Source of the DNA: a virus
Taxonomy: Duplodnaviria > Caudoviricetes
Direction: 5' to 3' (one strand)
Length of the DNA stretch: 64,000 nt
Virus record (IMG/VR): IMGVR_UViG_2898748948_000004
Coordinates: 1 to 64,000 of that record
Position numbers and translations under genes: made by a program. The first letter of the stretch is position 1; the number at the start of each line of letters is the position of its first letter. The notes beneath the pieces were generated by a model. The model did no database searches. It saw only the letters and a program-made list of their open reading frames with translations, and had not been told where the DNA came from. This document shows positions 26,263 through 34,591 of the stretch, piece by piece.

Positions 26263-26809
26263 GGTCAAGTCCAAAAAAATGCCCGCCCAGTAATGAAACG
26301 AGGCGGGCAAAAGTCAGCTACTGCTGACCCCACGATGACAAAAAAGGCCGGTCGCCAATACTGGCGAGTTCAGGACGAATTAAGGGAGGGAGGGAGGAGA
26401 AGCGCCCTGAGCCGGCACAAAAGGTAGACAGCACAGCTTTCCCTTGCCCGATGAGGGGCGAGCAGGGGAAATGCGCACTTTGGTTAAAAAAGTTGCTGTG
26501 CCATCTGGTGTGACCGCTGTTCGCCACCAACCAAGCAGGTCATGCTTGGCCGATGTTCCTAATTGCCGCCTGCTCGGGCCCATTCCCAAACAGACGTACC
26601 TGCTAGAGCGGTCACGCCAGATAGCCCTCGCTACTTTCCCGAGGTGGTCATTGATGCGCGCCTAAGACCGGCGCGTTCCTCTTGCAGTATTCCGGCCCAG
26701 CCCCCACGGGCCGGGCCATTGGGGTCGCGGGGCCGAACCGCGATTGCATCAAAAGCCGGTCTTGATACCGGCCCTGGCCTTTTTCGCCGCCAGGGCGGGC
26801 GCCGCAGGG

Positions 26810-26926
26810 CTACTTCTTCCACCAGCGTCGGAGCTTTTCCCTGAACGCACCCCAGGTGCGAAACTTGGAGCCAGCCCAGAAGCCTGCGGCGAAAGTGCAG
26901 CCGAGCGCTATGGCATCGACCAGCAT
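26810..26926 (-). CDS. Amphipathic membrane peptide (38 aa, not in ORF track)
   Basis: MLVDAIALGCTFAAGFWAGSKFRTWGAFREKLRRWWKK; ATG 3 nt after the vWA stop. Confidence 0.5.
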   Translation of the reverse strand: MLVDAIALGCTFAAGFWAGSKFRTWGAFREKLRRWWKK

Positions 26927-26929
26927 GGC

Positions 26930-27544
26930 TTAGCCGTTGATCGCGGCGACAATCAGCTCTGCAGTCGAGCCGAAGGCTTCGGCTTCCGCCACGGTCTTCA
27001 CATCCACAATGTCGTGCTGCGCGCCCTGGGCCTTGAGGTCGTCGTCCAGGGACTTCAGCCAGGCCGTTGCTGCAGAGTCCGAGCCCACCTGCACGAACAG
27101 GATGGTCAGGTCATCGTCGTTTTGCTGCTGGTTGGCCGTGTCGATGATCAGCTTCTTCACAGCGTCCTTGTTGTCGGGCACGCCATCGGTAAAGACCATG
27201 ATGAAGTCCTTCTTGTCCGACTTGCCAGCCAGCTTCAGGGCTTCCTGCAGGGCTTCATACAGGGGGGTGGAGCTGACAGGGCGCATGCCCGCAAATGCGG
27301 CATCCAGCTTGTCGGGGGTGACGCCGTCATGTGCCTTGATGTCCACGCCGTTGAAGATCACCAGACCGATGCCGTCCGAGTCCAGCTTGTTCGTGTCGCG
27401 GCAGAACATGCCGAGTGTCTCCTGCACAGAATCCCAGCGCGAGCGACCTTTGACGTCTTCAGTGGTCATGGAGCCAGAGGCATCCACCACAGCGATGTAG
27501 TCGAATTCGGTCAGCTTTGCCAGTTGTTCAGGGGTGAGGGTCAT
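26930..27544 (-). CDS. von Willebrand factor A domain protein (TerF-associated vWA-like)
   Basis: Complete MIDAS: VDASGS, STP, FTDG; DSDGIGLVIFN and ILFVQVG. Confidence 0.9.
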   Translation of the reverse strand: MTLTPEQLAKLTEFDYIAVVDASGSMTTEDVKGRSRWDSVQETLGMFCRDTNKLDSDGIGLVIFNGVDIKAHDGVTPDKLDAAFAGMRPVSSTPLYEALQEALKLAGKSDKKDFIMVFTDGVPDNKDAVKKLIIDTANQQQNDDDLTILFVQVGSDSAATAWLKSLDDDLKAQGAQHDIVDVKTVAEAEAFGSTAELIVAAING

Positions 27545-27680
27545 ATCGAGTTTCCAAAGATGCTGGAGAAAGAAGGCGCTCCAGCTTCGCCATAGAAAAC
27601 AATGAAATCACCTTCAATCACTTATCTGGTAAGTGTTTGAAGCTATGAAATTTGAAACAAACGGGCAAAAAAAGAGAGGC

Positions 27681-28088
27681 CTAGGTAACGGCTTTGCCTA
27701 AAAGGCCTAGGGTGCGGTGGCGATCACGGCAGATGGTGAGCAGCGCCAGCGCTTCGTCTTCGCTCACGGACGTGCCTGCGGTGATCTCGTCCATTAAGCG
27801 CACTGCTTCTTCCAGCTCGGCTGGGGTTTGAACCTTGGCCAGGATCAGTGCCATTTCTGCAAACTTGTTCTGGCTTGTGGTCGAAATGCGCCGAGTGGCC
27901 TCGTGCAGTGCTTCCATAGGGCACTTGTTCTGACCAGTTGCGGTAAGCAGAATTGCGAAGCAGTCTGCTTGGTTGCGCACGGGCGCGGGAACCATCTGGC
28001 TCTCTGCTAGCAGCGATGCGCACTCCCTGATCAGTGATAAGTGCGACAGTGAGGGTGAACCATCCCCTGCGGTATTCGATGACTGCAT
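27681..28088 (-). CDS. Hypothetical protein; alternative start ATG 27995
   Basis: ORF in operon orientation; MVPAPVRNQADCFAILL segment. Confidence 0.5.
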   Translation of the reverse strand: MQSSNTAGDGSPSLSHLSLIRECASLLAESQMVPAPVRNQADCFAILLTATGQNKCPMEALHEATRRISTTSQNKFAEMALILAKVQTPAELEEAVRLMDEITAGTSVSEDEALALLTICRDRHRTLGLLGKAVT

Positions 28089-28212
28089 TTTTCTGTGGTG
28101 GCGTTGAGTGATTGGAGCCTTTGCCGTTGCAAGGCCTTCAGTAGCCGCTCGGGGGCAGCCATGTTGTGGTGCCTCTCCAAAGAGAGGGGGTGCTGTCCTG
28201 CACCATCGCGGC

Positions 28213-28437
28213 GGTGGATTGGGCCAACTAGACCTAGCGCGCATGGCGCGTCGGTGTAGCCCACGGAGTCGAACCGTGTCCAATCCACCTGCGTGATGGC
28301 CCCGCTTAGCCCTGCGGGAGTGGGCAACGATCAGGGCTCGTATAGGCCCGAGGCAAACATTTCAATCTCCTTTCAACCTCAAGCCATCTGTCACAAGGCT
28401 TGAGGTTGAAGCCCGGATTACGCGCCGGGTCGCAGGG
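28213..28437 (-). ncRNA. Candidate structured leader RNA of the leftward early transcript
   Basis: Perfect 14-bp stem 28372-28385/28397-28410; closing stem 28310-28316/28431-28437; 10-bp stem 28213-28222/28280-28289 enclosing a tRNA-T-arm-like CACGG-TTCGACT-CCGTG. Confidence 0.4.
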
Positions 28438-28868
28438 GCCGCTGGCCGCCCCAATGACGGCATCAATATGCCGCGCCGCTTTTTTGTTTCCCTTTGGTGT
28501 CATCCCGTCCGTTAGCTGCGCCACATAGGCGCAGCAGCATCAGCCTGCGAGGGCGGTGTTTCATTTGTCGGCTCTTGGATAGCTGGCGCTACCCCGTCAC
28601 GGCCTCCCGCCTACGCTGCACATGCAAGCTGTGCTGTCCGTATCTTTTCCCAAGGCCCTTCACCGATTTAACGGACTGGCCACCGCGCGGAAATTCGCGG
28701 CGCGCTGCTGGCTCTCACCAGCCTGGGCCATGCCCCAGTGCGCAATTGACCCGGACGAATGCCCCACAGGTAGGGCAAGCAACATCGGGTGACGATTTTT
28801 TAAAGAGCGAAGCGGAGAGCATTTGCCCGCCGAACGGAAATGCATTTGCTTTTCTGATGTGGTGAATC

Positions 28869-28961
28869 TTGCCATAAGTGGAAAGAAAAATGCAAAAGAA
28901 GTCGATAGATTTTTTGAATAAAGAATCTCTCTTAATTAGAAATATCTTCAACATATGGAAA
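28869..28961. promoter_or_regulatory. Left operator/promoter region (two operator copies)
   Basis: TTGCCATAAGTGGAA 28869-28883 and reverse-strand TTTCCATATGTTGAA 28947-28961 in an AT-rich tract upstream of the leftward operon. Confidence 0.65.
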
Positions 28962-29034
28962 ATTACTGTACGTATCATCAGTAGTAGAAACCACAATTGG
29001 TAAATAATTGTGTAGATAACTTCTGGAGACGTTA

Positions 29035-29487
29035 GTGGCCGGTGTATGGGATGTGGGAGAGGGCGGGGTGTTGGTTTGCAGGTGCGCTGAGGGCTTTTCG
29101 GCGCACGCGCTGGCGCTGGCTGCGCAGCAGCTGTGGCTGCACGGCGGTATTACTGGAAGAGCGTTTGCTTGGCTTTTAGAGTTGCCAGGTGTTCGTCTGT
29201 CGGAGTGGCAGAGACTCGAGCTGGCTGCGGTTTTGAGGGAGGCGCTGACCGCGAAAACGCTGCCCGGTGCAGTAGTTGTGCTTCCGGGGGATGAGGATTG
29301 GATGCGCCAGCAGGCCTGGTCTCTTGCGCGAGAGACAGGCGGGGTGCTGGGCGTCTTTGTGGAGAGAGACGAGGCCCAGGAGTGGGCCCGTCAGCAGGCG
29401 TTGGTCTTTATTGGTGAGTCCGTCTGGCGAGTTCGAGAACTTGCAAACACGTTGCATAGGCCTGTGTCGAGGCCCCCGGGTCTTTGA
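29035..29487 (+). CDS. Possible STAS/SEC14 (SpoIIAA-like) domain protein converging on the repressor
   Basis: AVVVLPG...QAWSLA...GVFVERDEAQEWARQ resembles SpoIIAA-like C-termini; overlaps the repressor 3' end by 80 nt; start uncertain. Confidence 0.4.
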   Translation: MAGVWDVGEGGVLVCRCAEGFSAHALALAAQQLWLHGGITGRAFAWLLELPGVRLSEWQRLELAAVLREALTAKTLPGAVVVLPGDEDWMRQQAWSLARETGGVLGVFVERDEAQEWARQQALVFIGESVWRVRELANTLHRPVSRPPGL

Positions 29488-29788
29488 TCTTGTCCAGCTG
29501 ACGGGCAAGGAAGATTGCCTTGTCAGACAGGGGTTCGCCCTTGTCCGAAGGGGCGAAGTTGGGGTTCAGCAGCTCATGGATCTCCAGGCCAAAGGCCTTG
29601 GCAATCTTTTCAACCTTGTCTAGGCCAATTCCAAGGTCGGCATTCTGAAGTCGGGCTACGGTGCCCAGGCCAATTTCGGCGTCACGAGACAGGCGGCTGA
29701 TGTTGATTTTTCCGTAGTGCTGCAACATCAGCTTTTCAACCGCTGTCCACAGCTGGCTTTTTGCGTCGGGTGTTGGGTTGGAATTCAT
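29408..29788 (-). CDS. Phage repressor, XRE-family HTH, no S24 peptidase domain
   Basis: ISRLSRDAEIGLGTVARLQN...GLDKVEKIAKAFGLEIHELL; divergent from the Cro-like gene. Confidence 0.85.
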   Translation of the reverse strand: MNSNPTPDAKSQLWTAVEKLMLQHYGKINISRLSRDAEIGLGTVARLQNADLGIGLDKVEKIAKAFGLEIHELLNPNFAPSDKGEPLSDKAIFLARQLDKIKDPGASTQAYATCLQVLELARRTHQ

Positions 29789-29815
29789 GCCACAAATGAT
29801 AAGACTTCCGTGTAA

Positions 29816-29890
29816 TTTTCGTAAGTGGTAAGGACATTGCGGGCTGTAAGAGCTTGCCGCAAGTTGAAAATTGCTTTCCAGATATGGCAA
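29816..29890. promoter_or_regulatory. Right operator region (three operator copies)
   Basis: TTTTCGTAAGTGGTA 29816-29830, TTGCCGCAAGTTGAA 29854-29868, reverse TTGCCATATCTGGAA 29876-29890 between repressor and cro. Confidence 0.7.
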
Positions 29891-29900
29891 GATATTAGGC

Positions 29901-30137
29901 ATGAACGATCTCATGTCCGTTTTTGCCAAACTGCAAAAGCGAATCTCGAAACTTACTGGTGCCCAGGTCGATAAGCTGGCAGAACTGTCTGGCGTATCCG
30001 CGACCACGATTCACCGCGTCCGCTATAGCTACAAGAAGCCGCGCCTGGAGAACATTAGCGAGCTCCAGAAGCACATCGATGCCGCAGAACGTGCGCCCAA
30101 ACGTCGCCCGCGCAAGAGCCAGCAGGTGGCAGCATGA
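29901..30137 (+). CDS. Cro-like HTH protein
   Basis: VDKLAELSGVSATTIHRV...PRLENISEL; first rightward gene, no RBS (possibly leaderless). Confidence 0.75.
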   Translation: MNDLMSVFAKLQKRISKLTGAQVDKLAELSGVSATTIHRVRYSYKKPRLENISELQKHIDAAERAPKRRPRKSQQVAA

Positions 30138-30367
30138 GTGCGGCGCAGTCAGTCTGGGAGATCTCCCGCAAAGAAGCCAATACCGCGAAGCCCTCTGCAG
30201 TTGGGCGCGTCAAGCTCAACCAGCCTCCGCACTATGGTCGGATGAGCATGCAGAGTCAGTCGCGCGCTGACCTCCCAGCCGATGAGCTGGCGGCTCAGAA
30301 AGCCCGCAGCATTCTCAAATGCTCGCAGCTCTCAGCCCTGCAGCGTGGCAGGAGGGTTGTCGAGTGA
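30134..30367 (+). CDS. Hypothetical protein (CII position)
   Basis: ATGA-coupled to cro and GTGA-coupled downstream. Confidence 0.45.
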   Translation: MSAAQSVWEISRKEANTAKPSAVGRVKLNQPPHYGRMSMQSQSRADLPADELAAQKARSILKCSQLSALQRGRRVVE

Positions 30368-30729
30368 GCCAGAACACACCGCACCCCGCGGCCAAGCCCG
30401 ACATGCGCCGTCAATTGCTGGCAACAGCCCGCAGGCTTGGCGAGCAGGCAGCCCAAGCCGCACTGGATCGCACGGAGCAAGACGACCCCACGTTCAGCAC
30501 GCGGGCTTATGAATTCATCGTTTCCTATGTGCGCGACCATGGCCCGGTGCCCGGTGAAGCGGTCACGTTGGCCGCGCGCTGCGCCGGTATCAAGCCGGCA
30601 AAGGATGACCGGGCTTTTGGCGCCGTGTATGCCAAGGCTCTGCGAGACGGAGCCATTCGGGTGGTGGACAGCACCAATCGCGTGCGGGGCCATGGCAGTG
30701 CGGGAGGTAAGGTTTATGGCCCAGTCTGA
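30364..30729 (+). CDS. Phage hypothetical protein
   Basis: GTG start overlapping the upstream stop; RAFGAVYAKALRDGAI. Confidence 0.6.
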   Translation: MSQNTPHPAAKPDMRRQLLATARRLGEQAAQAALDRTEQDDPTFSTRAYEFIVSYVRDHGPVPGEAVTLAARCAGIKPAKDDRAFGAVYAKALRDGAIRVVDSTNRVRGHGSAGGKVYGPV

Positions 30730-31732
30730 GCCACCGCAGCCGCTGACACCTGCAAATTGCGATCTGCAGGACTTTCCATTCATGCCTTTGGATGTGGCGC
30801 GCTTGCGTGACTCCGAATTGGCTTCCAACGAAACGCCTGATGCTTGCTGGGCTGCGGTTCTACTTTGGTCTGCGTCATGGCATCAGGTGCCTGCAGCCTC
30901 AATTCCAGACGATGAACTTTGGCTTGCAAAGCAGGCGGGCTACCAGCTGCGCGGAAAAATCGACAAGGCTTGGTTAAAAGTTCGTACCGGTGCATTGCGC
31001 GGCTGGGTGAAGTGCAGCGATGGTCGTCTGTATCACCCAGTCGTCGCAGAAAAGGCTCGCGACGCATGGCAGGCCAAGCAGCGGCAACGCTGGGGGACGG
31101 AATGCGCTCGCATCAAAAAGCACAACGAAAGGCATGGGACAAGCATTGCCCGGCCTACGTTTGATGAGTGGATTGCAGAAGGGTGTCCCCAGGGACAGCC
31201 GCTGTTTGTCCCTAGGGACACAACTGCGACAAATCAACGACAGTGCGGCATTGTCCCTAGTGAATTGGACTCCAAGAGACAGGGAGAGGGACAGGGACAG
31301 AGACAGGGAGATTCTTATTCCGTACCTGACGGTACGGACGGCGGCTCAGCGCCACCGGCGCCGGCAGCTCCGCCAGGCCCAGCTCAAAGCCCGAAGGAAA
31401 AGAGCCCCGAGGAAATGGCCAAGGTTGAGCTATGGCGCGCTGCAGTCTCTGTGCTGGAGCAGGGGGGGTGCCCTGAATCGCAGGCTCGGACGTTCATGGG
31501 GAAGCTGGTCAAAGACTACGGGCAGGACATTGTTCGCGATGCCGTGACCGCTGCTGTGGCTACCCAACCGGCAGATGCGCGGGAGTACTTGAAAGCCACC
31601 TGCTTACATGCAGCCGGTAAGCGAAAGCGTCCAAATCAGCAAGAGCAGCTGGAGGAGAGCAACCGACTGGCGGGCGAGCAATGGGAAGCGGAAATGCGCG
31701 CAAAGATGGCTGGAGGCGGCAATGCGTCTTGA
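30716..31732 (+). CDS. Replication initiator, DUF1376/YdaU-like
   Basis: DLQDFPFMPLDVARLRDS...LLWSASWHQVPAASIPDD...DGRLYHPVVAE; contains internal iterons. Confidence 0.8.
   Translation: MAQSEPPQPLTPANCDLQDFPFMPLDVARLRDSELASNETPDACWAAVLLWSASWHQVPAASIPDDELWLAKQAGYQLRGKIDKAWLKVRTGALRGWVKCSDGRLYHPVVAEKARDAWQAKQRQRWGTECARIKKHNERHGTSIARPTFDEWIAEGCPQGQPLFVPRDTTATNQRQCGIVPSELDSKRQGEGQGQRQGDSYSVPDGTDGGSAPPAPAAPPGPAQSPKEKSPEEMAKVELWRAAVSVLEQGGCPESQARTFMGKLVKDYGQDIVRDAVTAAVATQPADAREYLKATCLHAAGKRKRPNQQEQLEESNRLAGEQWEAEMRAKMAGGGNAS
31184..31310. repeat. Probable replication origin iterons inside the initiator gene
   Basis: Palindromes TGTCCCCAGGGACA 31184-31197 and TGTCCCTAGGGACA 31207-31220, half-site 31252-31260, GACAGGGA-type repeats 31277-31310. 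Confidence 0.65.
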
Positions 31733-32402
31733 AGACCTGACCAATTTCCGTTCGCTGGTGACTGATGCTTTGGCGTACTACGGCAAGGACTGCACGCCAT
31801 TCGTGCTTAACGTCTGGTGGGCTGGTTGCAGCCGCTTCGACTACGAGCAGGTCGAGAAGGCGCTGCAAAAGCACGCCATGGATGCGCAGCGCGGGCAGTT
31901 CGCACCGAGGGTGGCCGACATAGTGCGCCTGCTGGAGGGCACCCACACTGACCGAGCAGCCATGGCCTGGTCGAAGGTGCATACCGCCATGAGCGATGTT
32001 GGCGCCTACACGGATGTGGTTTTTGACGATCCGGCGATTCATGCGGTCGTGGAAGACATGGGTGGATGGCCAAAAGTTTGCCGTTGGCCGCTGGGCGAGT
32101 TGAGCTATCTGCAGCACCGTTTCAGTGAGGCCTACCGTAGCTACGCGGCTCAGGAGCAATACCAGTTTCCGGCTCGCCTAGGTGGGGAGCGCTGCGCTGA
32201 CATTGAGTTTGAGCGCAAGGGTTTGCCGCCGCCTATGCCGGTGCTGGTGGGTGATCCCCGCCGCGCGCAGGAGGTCTACAGGCTGGGCGGAGCAAGCAGC
32301 GCTGCTGGTGTTGGCTACACCGTGATGCAAGCGCTCTCGCTCGATGCTGGTCTGGTCAAAGCACTTCCCAAGCTGGTCTCGCCGGAGGCTGCTGATGACT
32401 GA
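31722..32402 (+). CDS. Replication accessory protein (DUF6475-like)
   Basis: GQFAPRVADIVRLLEG...AWSKV...VVFDDPAIHAVVEDMGGW; directly after the initiator. Confidence 0.7.
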   Translation: MRLEDLTNFRSLVTDALAYYGKDCTPFVLNVWWAGCSRFDYEQVEKALQKHAMDAQRGQFAPRVADIVRLLEGTHTDRAAMAWSKVHTAMSDVGAYTDVVFDDPAIHAVVEDMGGWPKVCRWPLGELSYLQHRFSEAYRSYAAQEQYQFPARLGGERCADIEFERKGLPPPMPVLVGDPRRAQEVYRLGGASSAAGVGYTVMQALSLDAGLVKALPKLVSPEAADD

Positions 32403-33111
32403 TTCCGCAGAAATCGTTGCTCAAGCAGCACTCCATCGCTCGAGACAGTTAACCGAAATTACTTCGTTGGCTGCGCTGACTGCGGGCATGAGCGGGCGGG
32501 ACAGAAGGCTATTTGCGCGGGCGTTGAAGAAATTGGCGGCCCGTGGAGAGCTGCGTCGCTTCCGCTTTGATGGCCGTTTGCACTTCGCCCCTCTGAGCCG
32601 TGCGGGTGATGCCGCATTTGTTGCCAAGTTCGCTCTGGAGTCAACTGCTTGCGGGTGCGGCGAGGGGAGCTGCATGCCCTGGTCTGGCAAGTTTTTCAAG
32701 CCGCGCCAGGGCCCGGTGGTGAACCTCGACGGCAAGGAGTATGTGCTGCGCCGTGTGATCTATGAGGTGCGAACCAGAAAAAAGCTGGCGCAGTCGGAGT
32801 CCGTTCGTCCTTCCTGCGGCGAAGCCAACTGCATCCACCCCCAGCACCTGACCAAAGAGCCGCGCAACACGCCGCTGATCGGCAGGGCCCGGCTGCCGTC
32901 CACACGCGAAAAGCTGGCCAGGGCTCAACAAGCCAAAGCCCCGTACTCCATGGAAGAGGTTCAAGCGCTGCGCGGTCGCTGCATCCGCGGCGAACTGACA
33001 CGAGTGGCCGCGGCCAAGTGCCTGGGGGTTTCCGTGGAAACCATGGAGCGGATGGTGAATGGGCTGGCGTGGCGTGACTTTTCCAACCCCTATCAGAGCC
33101 TGACGGCATAG
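32395..33111 (+). CDS. HNH-like protein with flanking HTH segments
   Basis: RPSCGEANCIHPQHL (CDNPxCVNPxHL-type); C-terminal AAKCLGVSVETMER. Confidence 0.65.
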   Translation: MTDSAEIVAQAALHRSRQLTEITSLAALTAGMSGRDRRLFARALKKLAARGELRRFRFDGRLHFAPLSRAGDAAFVAKFALESTACGCGEGSCMPWSGKFFKPRQGPVVNLDGKEYVLRRVIYEVRTRKKLAQSESVRPSCGEANCIHPQHLTKEPRNTPLIGRARLPSTREKLARAQQAKAPYSMEEVQALRGRCIRGELTRVAAAKCLGVSVETMERMVNGLAWRDFSNPYQSLTA

Positions 33112-33120
33112 GAGAGACAA

Positions 33121-33555
33121 ATGAGCATAGTGGGCATTGACCCGGGCCAGTCCACTGGCCTTGCAGTTTATGAAAAGGGCAAGCTGCACTGGTTGCATAC
33201 CGTGAGTGCGGATCGGTTGGAGCAGTGGCTCGCCCAGCACCCCGCCCAGTTGGTCATCTTTGAAGACTCGCGCAAGACCAGCAAGACCTTTACCGCAGCC
33301 AAAGGCGTCAGCGCAGCGGCGGCTTTGAAGATCGCCCGCAATGTGGGAGAGATCGACCGACTGTGCAAGGACATCGAGGCCATGTGCAAGCGCATGGGGA
33401 TTGAGGCCTACGGCGTTGCCCCCCTTGCCAAGGGCTCAAAGGTCAATGCGGGGGACTTTGCCCAGATTACCGGCTGGAAGACGCGCAGCAGCCAGCACGC
33501 CCGTGACGCAGCCATGGTGGCTTGGCCCTACCGCAACAAGGCGAGCAAGGCATGA
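33121..33555 (+). CDS. RuvC-like Holliday junction resolvase
   Basis: IVGIDPGQSTG; VIFED; SSQHARDAAM. Confidence 0.75.
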   Translation: MSIVGIDPGQSTGLAVYEKGKLHWLHTVSADRLEQWLAQHPAQLVIFEDSRKTSKTFTAAKGVSAAAALKIARNVGEIDRLCKDIEAMCKRMGIEAYGVAPLAKGSKVNAGDFAQITGWKTRSSQHARDAAMVAWPYRNKASKA

Positions 33556-34067
33556 GTGCCCAGCGACTAGCTGCCGTAGAGCGCGGCCTGAACGGGATGG
33601 AGCGCAAGGTTCTTGAGGCTGTCCCCATGCAGGAGCCATGGAACGCCAAGGCGATCCAGGGGGAGCTGCACCGTCTCGGTAAGCCCATGGAGATCAAGCA
33701 GCTGGCGGGTTGCCTGCGCAGCCTGCGCGATGCTGGGCTGATCAAGCTCAATGCCACCGGCGAATACATCCGGGTTGCCGTGGAACGCCCCCGTGCAGCC
33801 AAAGCGCCATTCCCAAGCACACCACCCATACAGGCGAAAGCCGAAAGAGAAACCATGACTTTGACAGCAGCACCAGCGCCAGCAGCTTGCGCCGAATCAC
33901 CTGCCAAGGTGGACTTTATGGCCGTGCTTGCCAAGAAGGCCGCCCGCCTGCGCCAGGAGGCAGACGCGCTGGACGAGCTGGCGCTGGCAATAGGTGAGCG
34001 TGAGCAGCAGCACGAGGCAGATCTTGCCAAGTTCAAACAGCTGCGCGAGCTGTTGAAGGGCATCTGA
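33552..34067 (+). CDS. Winged-helix plus coiled-coil hypothetical protein
   Basis: LAGCLRSLRDAGLIKLNATGEY; ATGA-coupled. Confidence 0.6.
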   Translation: MSAQRLAAVERGLNGMERKVLEAVPMQEPWNAKAIQGELHRLGKPMEIKQLAGCLRSLRDAGLIKLNATGEYIRVAVERPRAAKAPFPSTPPIQAKAERETMTLTAAPAPAACAESPAKVDFMAVLAKKAARLRQEADALDELALAIGEREQQHEADLAKFKQLRELLKGI

Positions 34068-34072
34068 GCACC

Positions 34073-34591
34073 ATGGCCGGTATCCAGATCGTTCGCAACC
34101 CCAGCGTTCAAGCCAGCCCGGCTGATCGTGATGTTGCCATGCGCGTGCTGCTGGGTCACATCGATGGCCTGGGTGAAGACAACCGGAAAAGCTGGCGGAG
34201 ATTTCTTCGGCGTCTGCTGGCGCTGGAGCCCGGCGGCATCGTGGAGATCAACACCAAGCAGGCCCGGCTGGGCTGGTACCACCGCAAGCACATGGCCTTG
34301 GAACTCGCATTCTTCAACACCCAGGACAAGTTCCCTCAGTTCGACCGCTTCCGCGACTGGCTCAAGCTGGGCGCGGGGCATGTGGACTGGGTTCCCACCA
34401 TCAATGGGATGGTGCCGCTGCCCAAGTCCACCAGCTACTCGAGCATGGAGCAAGGGGAAATGGAGCGCTTTCACGGGCATTTCGTGGACTTCATGCGTAC
34501 CGACTACGCCGGCACCACCCTCTGGCCGCACCTGAGCCAGACCCAACGCATCGACATGGTTGAAGGGATCTTGGGAGGGTTTGACGAGTGA
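34073..34591 (+). CDS. DUF1367/NinB-like protein
   Basis: FDRFRDWLKLGAGHVD...PKSTSYSSMEQGEMERF. Confidence 0.65.
   Translation: MAGIQIVRNPSVQASPADRDVAMRVLLGHIDGLGEDNRKSWRRFLRRLLALEPGGIVEINTKQARLGWYHRKHMALELAFFNTQDKFPQFDRFRDWLKLGAGHVDWVPTINGMVPLPKSTSYSSMEQGEMERFHGHFVDFMRTDYAGTTLWPHLSQTQRIDMVEGILGGFDE

Noticed and set aside
28240-28330. Possible tRNA gene (GGTTCGACTCC)
   Set aside because: T-arm is canonical, but the acceptor stem has mismatches, the anticodon loop lacks U33 and there is no CCA; kept only as a tRNA-like element
28715-28996. 93-aa hydrophobic minus-strand ORF
   Set aside because: Runs through the AT-rich operator/promoter tract; F/L/I/K richness follows from base composition
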